From NCBI GenBank assembly GCA_000165345.1, contig CM000434.1:800001-864000 (forward strand): DNA of 64,000 nt, in the 5' to 3' direction. Of the stretch, positions 9,474 to 24,119 are shown piece by piece; the stretch's first letter is position 1; each line of letters opens with the position of its first letter. Position numbers and translations under genes: made by a program. The notes below the pieces were generated by a model. The model made no database searches. It saw only the letters and a program-made list of their open reading frames with translations, and had not been told where the DNA came from.

Positions 9474-11816
9474 TTAGTTTCCTGACACATTTTGGTCTTG
9501 AAACTGAGTAGTAGTTTGAGCCTTTAGTTGATCTTGTACTTTAGACTTTGAATCCGATTGAGTCACTGTCCTTTGAGAATCTGTTGTTACACCTTGGGCA
9601 CTGTTATTAGTAGTGGTAGTAGTAGAGGTATTAGTAGCAGTTTTAGTGGTAGTTGTACCAGTATTAGCACCAGTAGTAGTGGTAGTAGCAGTGGTAGCAC
9701 CAGTATTAGCAGTAGTAGTAGAAGTATAGCTTGAATCAATTTGTGCCATATACTCTTCTTTGTATGTAACCTTTGAATCTTTGTCTGTGGTTACAATAGT
9801 GACTGTTGCTGTTCTTGTAGTTTCTCCAGTTTTTGTGCCAGTTGTAACATTCTTTAATGATAAATCACTAACATATCCTGAAATATCCATGCAGGCATTA
9901 ACATTAGTAGATGAATCGGTAGTGGTAGTTTTATTAGTTTGAGTAGTGGTAGCTTGACCAGCAGTAGCTTGACCAGCAGTAGCTTGGCCAGTAGCAACTT
10001 GGCCGGTAGTAGTTTGACCAGTAGTAGCTTGAAAAGTGGTAGCTTGGCTGGCGGTACTTTGAGAAGCAGTAGTTTGGGAAGCAGTAGATTGAGAAGTAAT
10101 AGTTTGAGAAGTAGTAGTTTGAGAAGTGGTAGCTTGACCGGCAGTAGTTTGAGTAGTGAAAGTAGAAGGAACAGTAGTAGTAGTAGTCATCCTACTACAA
10201 TCTTGGAAAACTTGATCAACAGTAGTAACTGTTGATCCATCAGCTTTAGTGACAAAAGTTTCTGTTCTTGTAGTTACACCATCTACATTACCTGATGCAA
10301 ATCTTGTGGTTGTTTTTGTAACAGTTTCACCTGATTGAGTATTTGTTGAAACTGTCTGGTCAAATGTTTCTTCAGTCTTTGATGTCTGCTTTCCATCAAC
10401 AGAATAAGTTTCTCTTGTAACAGTTCCTTTGTAACTTTTTTCTGTAGTTCCAGTTTGTACAGGAGTAGTACTAGTAGTAGTAACACACTTTGTTCTGTCA
10501 GTATTTGTTTGTTCCTTCTTTGAAGTATAAGTACCATCAGTTTGGTAAGTTTCAGTAATTTTGATTTGTGTCTTTCCACTCTGAGTTGTTTCATATTTTA
10601 CACCACATTTACCATAAGTTGTTTGACTAGGTGTTTGAACTGCTCCATAGTAAACCTGAGCACCGTTGAAATCTTGATCAGCCTGCTGATTGTTCTGTTC
10701 AGTTTGTTTTTGTTTTTGTAATTGTTTTCTTGCTTGGTCTTGGCCTTGAATGGATGTTTCATATCCTGCACCTCTCATTGTTTCCTGGCATTTTGTCTGT
10801 TTACTATTGACTCCAGAATAACCATTATTTGCCACAGATGTGTCAGTTGTTTCTTTTGATACTTCAATATCTATTTGTCTAGAGGTAATTGAACCATTGC
10901 TAAATGTTTCAGTCATTGTTGTAGTAGTTTCAGTTTTTGTTGGTGCTTGATAAACAAAAGTCATTGTATTATCTGTTGTATCAAAGTAACAAACCTGACT
11001 TGTAACTGCTTCAGACTGAGCAGTTCCTGCTTTACAAGTGGTAGCAGAAGCAGTCATATTTGATGTACTTTTTTTGGCACTTTCACTAGAAGGTTTCACT
11101 TCTTGGGTAGTAACAGTCTTTGTAGTTTTTACTTTCATTGTTGTACTTGTTACATCTTCAGTACTAGTCTTATTAACAGTCTTTTGAATTTTCATACCAG
11201 AATCGAAAACCGTTTCTGTATTTACTGTTGAAGTGTTAGTTACTGTATTATTCTCACCTTGTTTTTGAGTACCTGTTGTTGCAGTTTTCTTAAATGTAGT
11301 AGTAGTAGTAGTAGCACCAGTTGTGAAACCAGAAGTATCAGTAGTACCAGTAGTGCCAGTAGTACCAGTAGTAGTGGTAGTGGTGGTAGTATTAGTATCA
11401 GTAGTGGTACCAGTAGCACCAGTAGTGGTAGTGGTGGTAGTAGTAGTAGTACCAGTAGTGCCAGTAGCACCAGTAGCACCAGTAGCACCAGTAGTAGTTC
11501 TGGTAGTAGTTCCAGTAGTGTTAGTAGAGCCAGTAACACCAGCAGCACCAGTAGTAGTGGTCTCTGGAGCTGTAAAAGTAACCTTACTGTAAGATTTAAT
11601 GCTACCAGAAACTGAAACTGAAGATGCAGAATCACACACTCCTGTTGTAGTTGTAGTTGTAGTCGTAGTTGTAACGTCACCAGATGTTTCAGTACAGACC
11701 TTCTTTGATTGTTCTTCCTTTGCTACGTCAGAAGGACGCTTCTTAGTTTGTTCGCTTGTCATATTTGTTTCGCAGTTGGTTTTATATTGATTTGGTGATG
11801 AATTTTCTACTTCCAT
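9474..11816 (-). CDS. Thr/Gln-rich mucin-like protein, 780 aa, with internal tandem repeats
   Basis: The ATG at 11816-11814 was verified. The protein contains poly-Thr runs and about 14 degenerate hexapeptide repeats of the form T[AT]SQ[AST]T (ATAGQ, ATTSQ) encoded by 18-bp tandem units at about 9939-10200. TTGATGATG-type repeats lie at about 11290-11580. No obvious N-terminal signal peptide follows the called ATG. Confidence 0.65.
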   Translation of the reverse strand: MEVENSSPNQYKTNCETNMTSEQTKKRPSDVAKEEQSKKVCTETSGDVTTTTTTTTTTGVCDSASSVSVSGSIKSYSKVTFTAPETTTTGAAGVTGSTNTTGTTTRTTTGATGATGATGTTGTTTTTTTTTTGATGTTTDTNTTTTTTTTGTTGTTGTTDTSGFTTGATTTTTTFKKTATTGTQKQGENNTVTNTSTVNTETVFDSGMKIQKTVNKTSTEDVTSTTMKVKTTKTVTTQEVKPSSESAKKSTSNMTASATTCKAGTAQSEAVTSQVCYFDTTDNTMTFVYQAPTKTETTTTMTETFSNGSITSRQIDIEVSKETTDTSVANNGYSGVNSKQTKCQETMRGAGYETSIQGQDQARKQLQKQKQTEQNNQQADQDFNGAQVYYGAVQTPSQTTYGKCGVKYETTQSGKTQIKITETYQTDGTYTSKKEQTNTDRTKCVTTTSTTPVQTGTTEKSYKGTVTRETYSVDGKQTSKTEETFDQTVSTNTQSGETVTKTTTRFASGNVDGVTTRTETFVTKADGSTVTTVDQVFQDCSRMTTTTTVPSTFTTQTTAGQATTSQTTTSQTITSQSTASQTTASQSTASQATTFQATTGQTTTGQVATGQATAGQATAGQATTTQTNKTTTTDSSTNVNACMDISGYVSDLSLKNVTTGTKTGETTRTATVTIVTTDKDSKVTYKEEYMAQIDSSYTSTTTANTGATTATTTTTGANTGTTTTKTATNTSTTTTTNNSAQGVTTDSQRTVTQSDSKSKVQDQLKAQTTTQFQDQNVSGN
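9939..10200 (-). repeat. 18-bp tandem coding repeats, about 14 degenerate copies, inside the mucin-like gene
   Basis: Recurring GGTAGCTTGACCAGCAGTAGCTTGACC... units encode the T[AT]SQ[AST]T hexapeptide array on the minus strand. Confidence 0.75.
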
Positions 11817-12204
11817 TTCTTTTAATTCTTCAGCTCTTTAAACGTTATATTAAAACAAGAATTTTACTTCTTCTCTTAAAATGCTGTAATATTAAGGTTT
11901 AAAGCAATATTTATATTTATATAATAAATAATAACCTTGTTATTCCAAAGATTAAACAAAGGTTTTATATTACCTTGAATTGAAATATTTTTAATATTTC
12001 TTTAGCAATTCGTTTTATTGTAAACTTATTAACAATTTTTACTTGAAGTTATTACATAGAAAAAAAAAGAAATTAGTTATTTATTATGCTCTTTTTCGAG
12101 AATTAATTAATATTCAAGTTTAATTTATCTGAATTCATTTGAATTAATAAAAAAAAGAAAGTAAGAGGGGGTGAGCATAAGCAAAATAATTACTGACAAC
12201 TAAT

Positions 12205-12290
12205 TGCATGCGCATGTACTTGCATTATCCACATGCGCATGAATTGCATACTTTCATATATCGGAGTTTACTAACAAAACTGACGTAATA
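12205..12290. promoter_or_regulatory. Composite module (TGCATGCGCATG ... TTATCCACATGCGCATG ... TGACGTAA) upstream of the mucin gene
   Basis: A tandem GCATGCGCATG/CCACATG cluster lies at 12205-12251. A CRE-like TGACGTAA is at 12281-12288. The module sits about 400 bp 5' of ATG 11816. Confidence 0.45.
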
Positions 12291-12428
12291 TATAAACAAC
12301 ACTTTATCCACATGAAAGTCCCCCTTTTAAATTAATAAATAACAAAATCGTAAGTAGTAAAAAAAAAAAAAAATTAATGAGACCCAAGTTTTAGGCCACA
12401 AATTTCTTCAAAGTAATAACTTAACAAA

Positions 12429-13160
12429 CTAATATAATAATGGAGCATCCTCAAGATGCATACCTCTACATATTGGACAATTTAGTCGATCATGTTTAGG
12501 TCCTAAACATCCGCAAGTCTCTGCTGTTTTATCTATTGCATATTCAGAGTCGCAATTTCTAAGATCATTTCTCAATTTCCTTGCTTCCTCAACAGGATAA
12601 CTCTTACATTCAGAAAATACAACTCCACACCTATTAGTAATCATCTCAAATATTTCTCTCCTATTTTCTTCTGAATCAATATTTGATTTTGAAGGAATAT
12701 ACTCTAAGTTTCTTTCATTATCCAAAATTTCTTCTTCTAAATTCTCATCTAATGCAACTAAACTATTCTTTGTAGATTGTTTACTTAAAACAGTTCCAGA
12801 ACGTGTTGGTTGTTTTGAGATTGTTGAATCTTTTCTTGAAGGTAAAGAAATATAGGAACTTTGATAAACTATGCTTCCTTCATCATTTACTCTAATTGAT
12901 TGTTCAGTTGCAAGTCTTAAAGCTTCAGCCTCTGCTATTCTATCAGCTTCTGCTCTAGCCATCATAAATCTTGTATTATCACTCTCAATATCCATAAATG
13001 TTGAACTATTCATTTTTCTCATTGAATTCAAAGAGTCCAAAATTACTACACCTTCTTCTAATTCTTGTTTTGTTAAAATATCCTCTGATAATGATGGGAA
13101 CTTTCCCATCCTACCTGAAAATGCTTCATATGTTTGTGGGACTGATTGTTTACCACCCAT
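12429..13160 (-). CDS. Hypothetical protein with an N-myristoylation consensus (MGGKQS) and a C-terminal Cys cluster
   Basis: The ATG at 13160 was verified. The N-terminus MGGKQSVP fits the MGxxxS myristoylation motif. The C-terminus reads CETCGCLGPKHDRLNCPICRGMH, a zinc-binding-like cluster. Confidence 0.5.
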   Translation of the reverse strand: MGGKQSVPQTYEAFSGRMGKFPSLSEDILTKQELEEGVVILDSLNSMRKMNSSTFMDIESDNTRFMMARAEADRIAEAEALRLATEQSIRVNDEGSIVYQSSYISLPSRKDSTISKQPTRSGTVLSKQSTKNSLVALDENLEEEILDNERNLEYIPSKSNIDSEENRREIFEMITNRCGVVFSECKSYPVEEARKLRNDLRNCDSEYAIDKTAETCGCLGPKHDRLNCPICRGMHLEDAPLLY

Positions 13161-13593
13161 TTTTTTTTAATATTATTAATATTATCTATTTATTTATCTA
13201 TTATTCAAATACACTTAATCCAATCAATTCTTCTTATGTAAAGCAAAATCGTTAATTATTATAATGATGAATTAGTAATAATTTCGAGATCCTTTTTATC
13301 TTGGATAAAATCTTTATTCTTTTTTAATTAATTAATTTCGTATCTGGAATTCTAAATCCATATACTTAATTAAACTTAAATTGCCAATAAAAAAAAAAAA
13401 ATAAAGAGAACTCTCCCTATATTATCTTAATTGAACTCTTGTCATGCAATCTCTTGCCTCACTTTTTTTCTCATGATTTTAGACTATACGCATTTTATCT
13501 TGCAAACTTATTTTTTCTTTACATGTTTTTATATTTCATGATTTTGCACTAGACTTTATTTTAATGTCTTTCTCTATTATTTATTAGATTCCC

Positions 13594-13617
13594 TGGCGCC
13601 AAAAGCATCCCGCCAGT
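13594..13617. promoter_or_regulatory. E2F-like TGGCGCCAAAA plus TCCCGCC, upstream of gene 12429..13160
   Basis: CCCTGGCGCCAAAAGCATCCCGCCAG sits about 435 bp 5' of ATG 13160. Confidence 0.45.
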
Positions 13618-14186
13618 TGCACTTTATTGTCAAAAATATATAAACAAAAATTACGTAATTTATTAAGAATACTATCTATTTACCATGCCTTTGTTTTGAA
13701 TGTGAATAAAGAACGATAGATTTTTCGATATTTCTAATATTGAATCCCCAAAGCTCACTAAAAAGTTTGTTAGTTAATATTGATAAGGGAAAATTGTAGA
13801 GTTAATATATTGTAATTTAGGAATCTGTAGATAAATGATCTGTTAAGATTATAAGGGGTGATGGGGGTAAAAAAAGTATATTTCCAAGTATTTAGATAAT
13901 TTAGCTTTATTCTTGTTGTATGTGTGTGATAGTTTTAGTATTAGTTACTGTATGTGTGAGCAACTATTTGATAAGCAATTTAATAATAACAAATAGAAAT
14001 GGATATTGAATATATATATATATAGGGTAAAGAAAGCTTGATTTCATAGAATTGTGATATTTCTAATTATCTTCTTTTTTACTCAATGTCTAACTTTTCT
14101 TTAAAATTACCAGTCATTTTTTTTTATTAATTTTAACATTACCCTTATATTCTTAACAGATCTTTACTACTAGAGCAAAAAACTTA

Positions 14187-14801
14187 CTATATTTCAGCAT
14201 GCTGAGCCAATAGAGGTGGAATCTCACCCCAAGTACCAAGTGATGTAACTATAAATAATCGAGTACAAAATGAAGCAGTATATTCTCTAAGTCTATTTAA
14301 AATAACAAAGAGTGAATTAAAACCATTAATTGGAATATCAAAAGGCATATTCCTTAGGATTAAAATACAATCAGCTTTTGGCCAATTACCACCAGAATTT
14401 AATATACTATAAATCTCTCTATATGTAACTTCTTTTTCATTAGAATTATGCTTTTGTTCTACAATTCTTTGTATTTTATTTAAAAAATCTTTTGAAGAAT
14501 CACCACTTGAAAGAAAACGTAAATTAGCAGGAATTTCGTCTTCATTATTCAATAAAACTGTTAATTTACTTTCAACAATTCCATTTGGTTCAAAAATAGT
14601 AACATATTCCACTCCTAATTGTTTAAAAATACGACAAGCTTTATATAAAAGATATAATACACCATTTTCAATCACTTCTGATCCTCTAAATACAATTACC
14701 ATATGTTTTGGAACTTTCTTTACTTTCTCTAAATTAGCTTGATCTTCTATATTTTCAAACCCTAGAACTTTCTGTAATAATTTATTTAAGTAAATAATCA
14801 A
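14187..14801 (-). CDS. Possible NUS1/Nogo-B-receptor-like protein (cis-prenyltransferase accessory subunit). The 5' end is unresolved.
   Basis: The ORF-track start at 14801 is a TTG, so the true N-terminus is either the internal ATG (MVIVFRGSE) or an upstream exon. There is weak pattern similarity to the NUS1 C-terminal half (LLYKACRIFKQLGVEYVTIFEPNG; ADCILILRNMPFDIPINGF). Confidence 0.3.
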   Translation of the reverse strand: MIIYLNKLLQKVLGFENIEDQANLEKVKKVPKHMVIVFRGSEVIENGVLYLLYKACRIFKQLGVEYVTIFEPNGIVESKLTVLLNNEDEIPANLRFLSSGDSSKDFLNKIQRIVEQKHNSNEKEVTYREIYSILNSGGNWPKADCILILRNMPFDIPINGFNSLFVILNRLREYTASFCTRLFIVTSLGTWGEIPPLLAQHAEI

Positions 14802-15537
14802 TAATAAGTTTATTTTGTTTGTATTAATAATATGAGTTAGATGATGGTTATTATTTGTTCAAGTAAATCAAGAATCAAATCAATATGAAAGATGGGAATA
14901 ATATTATAAAACTGAAAGAATTCTTCAAATAAGGATTAATATAAGGAAATCACTTTTTGAAAATTGTATTAATTTATACTATTAATCTTTTTTTCTCTCA
15001 CCCCCTTCTTTTATACCTCCTATCCATCCTTATAACTTTCCTCTTCATTTAATTTACTTCATTATTTCCTGTTTTCAGTTTTATTTCTGTTTCCCCTCTC
15101 TTTCTATCAATAATATTATTTGATTTTAACCATCTCACAATTATTAATCAACATAAATATTGATAATATATTATATCCGGTCTAATTAACTTACCTTAAT
15201 AAATGAAAAGATGAATGTAATAGCAAAAACTATCTCAAACAATATGTATTGAATTGTATTTACTATTAAAAGTAACATTTCAAATATTATTTAAAGATTA
15301 GAAAAAAAAAAATGCTCCGATTTATTATTATTCTTGTAATAAATAAAAAATATAGAAAAATAAAATACTGAAATCTGTGTTTTATAATGATCAGTTTCAA
15401 ATTAATTTTTTTTAACAAATAAATATTGCAAATATTTACTTTCAATACAAATAAACACAAATATACTTCCACTCTACCTCTATCCTTTACTTCTTTCTTT
15501 TTTTCTAAATAAATCATTTCTTGACAATTCCTGCAAA

Positions 15538-15589
15538 TTCCCGCCAAAAAAGGTATCTACAATTGCCCCTCTCACATTTGGCGCGCGAA
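15538..15589. promoter_or_regulatory. Paired E2F-like boxes (TTCCCGCCAAAAAAGG and TTTGGCGCGCGAA) in the RBMX2 / NUS1-like intergenic region
   Basis: There are two GC-rich boxes within 50 bp, about 300 bp 5' of ATG 15892. Confidence 0.45.
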
Positions 15590-15891
15590 TCATGCGTTTT
15601 TAAAAATATATATATTCATTTTGATTAAATTAGAAAAAGCAAGAAGAAGAAGAAAAAATAACGATAAATTCAATAAAATTAAGAATGAATAAATAATAAA
15701 CTAATAACATAAAAGTATCAATTAGTAGTAATCTTTCAGATTTATTTATTTATTTTTTTGTTTAAGTTAGAGCTTAATTTCTTTTTTCTTTTTTTTTTTC
15801 TCCAGAAAATGAATGAATGGAATGGAGTAGAAAAATTATTTAATTTTTTTTGAGATTATGTGGTAATATTAATTTAAATAACAAACAAAAA

Positions 15892-16570
15892 ATGTACAAT
15901 ATAAATTCATATAAAGGAAAAAAAGATATTTCTTATAAAAGAAGAAATACAATTAATGAAATAAATAGTAGAGAAGAAATATATAGTAACAATTATTACA
16001 ATACTAGTAATAATAATTATACAAATACAAATTCGTGGCATAATAATGTAAGTTTTTTGAATAAATGAACTTAAATAGAATTGATTTTTAATTAATATAT
16101 TAATTTAGTATAAGAATTCATCATATATATATATTTCAGGATTAGATTTAAGACTTACAGAAGGTGATATTGCAATCATATTTTCTCAATGGGGTGAACC
16201 TATTGATATTAATTTAATTAGAGATAAAAAGTTGGGAATATCAAAAGGTTACTGTTTTTTATGTTATGAAGATCAAAAAAGTACAATATTGGCTGTAGAT
16301 AATGCAAATGATATGATATTACTAGGAAAACATATAAAAGTTGATCATGTTAGAGATTATAAACCAAATTGTGATGGAGAATATATATTTACAGGTGCTG
16401 AAGGAAGTGGAATAGGAGTTTTTGGAGTTACAAAAGACATTCAAACACGGTTTAAAACAGAGTTGGATATATTAAATCTTAATTTTAGTAATAAAATAAG
16501 GGGAAGATCAGATAATATAGAAAAGAAAAGGAGAGCAAAATCTTTAAGCAGATCTTTATCATTAGAATGA
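15892..16570 (+). CDS. RBMX2/Snu17(Ist3)-like U2 snRNP RRM protein. Two exons: join(15892..16047,16109..16570), with a 61-nt intron.
   Basis: ORF 15850 begins with TTG; the first ATG is 15892. The donor is GTAAGT at 16048-16053 and the acceptor is TTTAG at 16104-16108. The spliced product reads ...NSWHNN|[81 protein letters not shown]. This aligns nearly residue-for-residue with human RBMX2 ([73 protein letters not shown]...RVDHV). The C-terminal tail is RS-like. Confidence 0.8.
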
Positions 16571-16810
16571 TTACATAAAACAAAAAGAAGGAGTGAAATA
16601 TATTGTTAATACAAACATTAATATTAGTAATTTTTGTTTGTATTGCAAAATTAATTGAATTTAATTACTTCAGGTTGTTGTTCTTTTCTTTTGTATTCTT
16701 CTATTTGCAATAATATTACATAATTTACATACTTTTATTGGATTATTATGAACAACCCTAAAAAATATTTAATGTTTATAATATTTCATATTAAGTAATC
16801 ATTTTTGCAA

Positions 16811-16833
16811 GCATGCATGCATGCATGCATGCA
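16811..16833. repeat. (GCAT)6 / (CATG)n palindromic microsatellite in a convergent 3' spacer
   Basis: GCATGCATGCATGCATGCATGCA lies between the RBMX2 stop (16570) and the stop of gene 16865..17759 (16865). It iterates the GCATGCA core that is otherwise found in promoters. Confidence 0.7.
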
Positions 16834-16864
16834 AAAATTAGGCCAAATATTAATTAAATAATAC

Positions 16865-17759
16865 CTACATTCTTTTATAATTCCGGTTTCCATGTAAATC
16901 TCTAAGATGAAAGTCAAGAGGAAGTAATGATTTACCAAGCTTTAGTGTATTGAATTTATCTTCAAAAAGTTCTTTATATTTACTCCTTTTTAAAGAATTA
17001 ATAATAACAGTATTTCCAGATTCAAGATATTGTATAAATAAACCCATAGAAGGGGTAGTAAATATTAAACTATGTAAATCTGAAGCATCACTTCTTAGAA
17101 TACCAAATTTAATTAATAAATTCAATAGAAAATCCCCACTGAAGTTGGTTTGATGACTTTGACAAATTTTATATTGACTTTTCCATTGAATACATATCAA
17201 AGATAAATAATCCAAAAGATGCTTATTATTTATACTAATTGTCTTATAATTTTGAAAAATGTTTTCTTTAATTAAGTTTAAAATATTTTGTAATAAAATG
17301 TTATTATTTTCATTATTAAAAAGACATTCCAAAAAACATCCATTTAGTCGATTTTGACATTCTAAATTTGAATACTTTTCTTGAATTCTTTGTTTTAACA
17401 CTCTTAATATATCACTCTTTAAACTATAACCTATAGATGACGTAATATTTTTATATGATAAAGATCTTGGTACCTTTAATTTTCTTAATTCACCATCTTT
17501 AACAAGCATTTCCAAATCTTATTAATTCAAATATTAATCATTATATAAATATTATTTAAATTCTATTTATTTTTAACTTACCTTGAATTGGTAATCTATT
17601 TCCATCATTTCCTAATATTTGATGTTCTAATACTATTGGAGGGTCAATAATGCCAATACAATCTTTTCTTAATGAAAAGAATATATTTAATGTTTCTGAA
17701 TATTCATAATTTTCTAAGAATTCTATGATTTTCTCGTCTTTATCATTTTCTTCCATCAT
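16865..17759 (-). CDS. Hypothetical protein. Two exons: complement(join(16865..17517,17582..17759)), with a 64-nt intron.
   Basis: The upstream ORF (ATG 17759) ends ...GNRLPIQ|G immediately before a GTAAGT donor (rc of 17576-17581). The downstream ORF starts at TTG and is preceded by D and an AG acceptor (rc of 17518-17519). Phase 1 is preserved, giving ...PIQ-D-LEMLVKDGELRK. No recognised domain. Confidence 0.55.
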
Positions 17760-18172
17760 TTTGAATAATATTTCAAGAATAGATATTATGGATATTATTA
17801 TTCACTTAATTAATAATATTATTCGAGTGAATTTCAAATATTACATTTCAGTCTTCTTTTCAAAAATTCTACATCTTTTCTCTTCATACTTTCTTTAATA
17901 TGTAATTTTTATATTTTAAATTCAAATAACTTAATTTTTTTTTCCTTTAAAAAGACAAGCTTGTAGTCATAATATATCAACTAAATCCAAATAAAGAAAC
18001 AAATTTTCTAAAAAAAAATTAAAATGCTCTAATATACCCTATTTTCACTCAATTCCTATTCACACAATTAATATTTTTATAATAATACTCTAATTTTTTA
18101 TAACTTTACTTATTTATTTATTAAAAAAAAAAAAGTCCGTTACCTTTTCATGCACTATAAATATCTCAACAA

Positions 18173-18189
18173 TTTGGCGCGCGCGCCAA
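18173..18189. promoter_or_regulatory. Palindromic E2F-like TTTGGCGCGCGCGCCAA in a bidirectional promoter
   Basis: It lies between divergent genes starting at 17759(-) and 18446(+). Confidence 0.5.
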
Positions 18190-18445
18190 CGACGGTACCA
18201 AATGAATGTAAAATGCATGTAAATAGATTTATACATAATAATAATAATAAAAAAATCAAATAAATAAGGAACAAAATTTAAGTAAGGTCTTAGTAATTAA
18301 TATCATCAAACATATAAATTAGTTTTCAAGATTTTGAATTATTTTCCTTAAAATTATTTGTTACACAGATAAATCTGGAATTGTAAACAAGTATAAATAC
18401 AACAATTGAATTTAAATTATATTAATTAATCACATCTTAAAAAAA

Positions 18446-19045
18446 ATGGAAGGTTCTCGTAATTACCAGACAAGTGATTCTTTAAACTTCTTGAATAATA
18501 CAATTAACTCAGCATCAACTTCTCCAATGTTATCTTTAAGATATCACCCTTTTGAAAATATTTGTGGATTCACAAACCCATATTACGGAGAAAATAATGG
18601 ACTTACAGAACTAGAACTTCAAAAGCATTCAAACCATATGAGATCAGTTACAGATGCCATGCATTACTTCTTTAAATTACATCCTTCTATTATCACAAAT
18701 TCTCCCTCTTCACCAAGAAGTCCCGTAATTGAATCACAGTCTCCTCTTGTTAGTCCAGCAGTCTCTTCTAAGAAAAACAGGAAAGAAGTAGAAAAATTGG
18801 ATGTTGATCATCCAAATTTATGCACTACTCAATGTAGGGTTATCCATCCCAATCTTGTCCACAGTGTCAACCAAAGGTGGCAATTAAGAGTTCATCTATT
18901 AAACCAGAACTCTGGAGTCTTAAAAGCCGCTGATCTATCTCACCCTTATGTTAATGAGATCATTAATGCAAACGCTCCTATCACTCCAAGGATGACTAGT
19001 AGACATACCAGTAGGCATATTAGTAGAAAAACTACTGAAAATTGA
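18446..19045 (+). CDS. Hypothetical Ser/Pro-rich protein, 199 aa
   Basis: The ATG at 18446 was verified and the ORF is clean. It contains SP/TP-rich segments (SPSSPRSPVIESQSPLVSP). Confidence 0.45.
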   Translation: MEGSRNYQTSDSLNFLNNTINSASTSPMLSLRYHPFENICGFTNPYYGENNGLTELELQKHSNHMRSVTDAMHYFFKLHPSIITNSPSSPRSPVIESQSPLVSPAVSSKKNRKEVEKLDVDHPNLCTTQCRVIHPNLVHSVNQRWQLRVHLLNQNSGVLKAADLSHPYVNEIINANAPITPRMTSRHTSRHISRKTTEN

Positions 19046-19185
19046 ATACTATAACAAGTAACTCTAGGTAGCAATGTAGGTGTAATAAGAATAATAATAA
19101 TATATACTTTACCATTACATAATAATATTACGAGGAAAAGAACGACCAAGTAAAAGAAATTATTCTATCCTGACTGACTATGACT

Positions 19186-19300
19186 TCTCCTCGCTTTCTC
19201 CTTCTCCTTTCTATCGCTCTCCACTCTCCACTCTCCACTCTCCACTCTCCCCCATCAATATTCCTTTTACCTACAACTTTTAATTCCCATCTTTTCCCCA
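19186..19300. repeat. Polypyrimidine / (CTCTCCA)n tract (GAGA-like on the minus strand)
   Basis: CTCCTCGCTTTCTCCTTCTCCTTTCTATCGCTCTCCACTCTCCACTCTCCACTCTCCCCC is followed by (TA)n and then TGCATGCAAATTTGGCGCCAAAA at 19492-19514. Confidence 0.7.
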
Positions 19301-19696
19301 CACACACTCTATCTCCATATATATATATAAATATATATATATATATCCACCATAATGTCACACCTATCAAGATTCAATTTCTAATTTCAGTCCTATTTTC
19401 TCATTCCCTCTCACACTCTCCTTTACCTTCACTATTTCTATTTTTCCCTATCTATTTTCTCTTTCCCTCCCCCCTCTAATCAAAGTATTCTTGCATGCAA
19501 ATTTGGCGCCAAAATAGAAATGACAAAGGGGCTTAAAAGAAAAGCTTTAAATCTCTTCTTACTTATAAGAAAAGATTCAAGAGAGGCCAAAAAAAAAAGA
19601 AAAGAAAAAAAACATGTAAGTTACCCAAAAATAGAGACAAAAATTGGAACTGGGACTCTTTTCCAGTCCAATCATAATGTGCTATCCATCCCCATA

Positions 19697-23896
<4,200 letters not shown>

Positions 23897-24027
23897 TTGA
23901 AAGAACTTTGGAAATTTTATATAAACCCCCTTTTACCATTTATTTAATGTCAAAGTTGGTTATTTTATTTTTAATTATTTTTCTTCAAGTCTTGTTCACA
24001 TCTTTATTTTCAAAATTCACGCGCAAA

Positions 24028-24041
24028 CTTGGCGCCATTTT
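24028..24041. promoter_or_regulatory. E2F-like CTTGGCGCCATTTT about 135 bp upstream of the exportin-like gene
   Basis: GGCGCC core in an AT-rich spacer. Confidence 0.45.
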
Positions 24042-24119
24042 CATATTAGCAAATCCAGTCAATTCGGGATTTTCTTGCGATATTATTAATAAATAAGTTA
24101 ATTAATATAAAAAATTTAA

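Noticed and set aside
9760-11790. Several ORFs of 60-146 aa on both strands inside the mucin gene (9760..9942, 9939..10235 Ser/Leu-rich, 10283..10594, 11240..11680 poly-Leu, 11259..11615 poly-Ser, 11323..11592 poly-Val, 11599..11790)
   Set aside because: They are alternative-frame or opposite-strand readings of the Thr-codon repeat arrays (ACT/ACC read as Ser, Val or Leu). All are low complexity, have no independent signals, and are fully nested in the 780-aa ORF.
14802-15890. Searched for an upstream exon supplying an ATG start to the NUS1-like ORF (TTG at 14801)
   Set aside because: No convincing GT..AG-delimited exon with an ATG was found by eye. The 5' end is left unresolved rather than invented.
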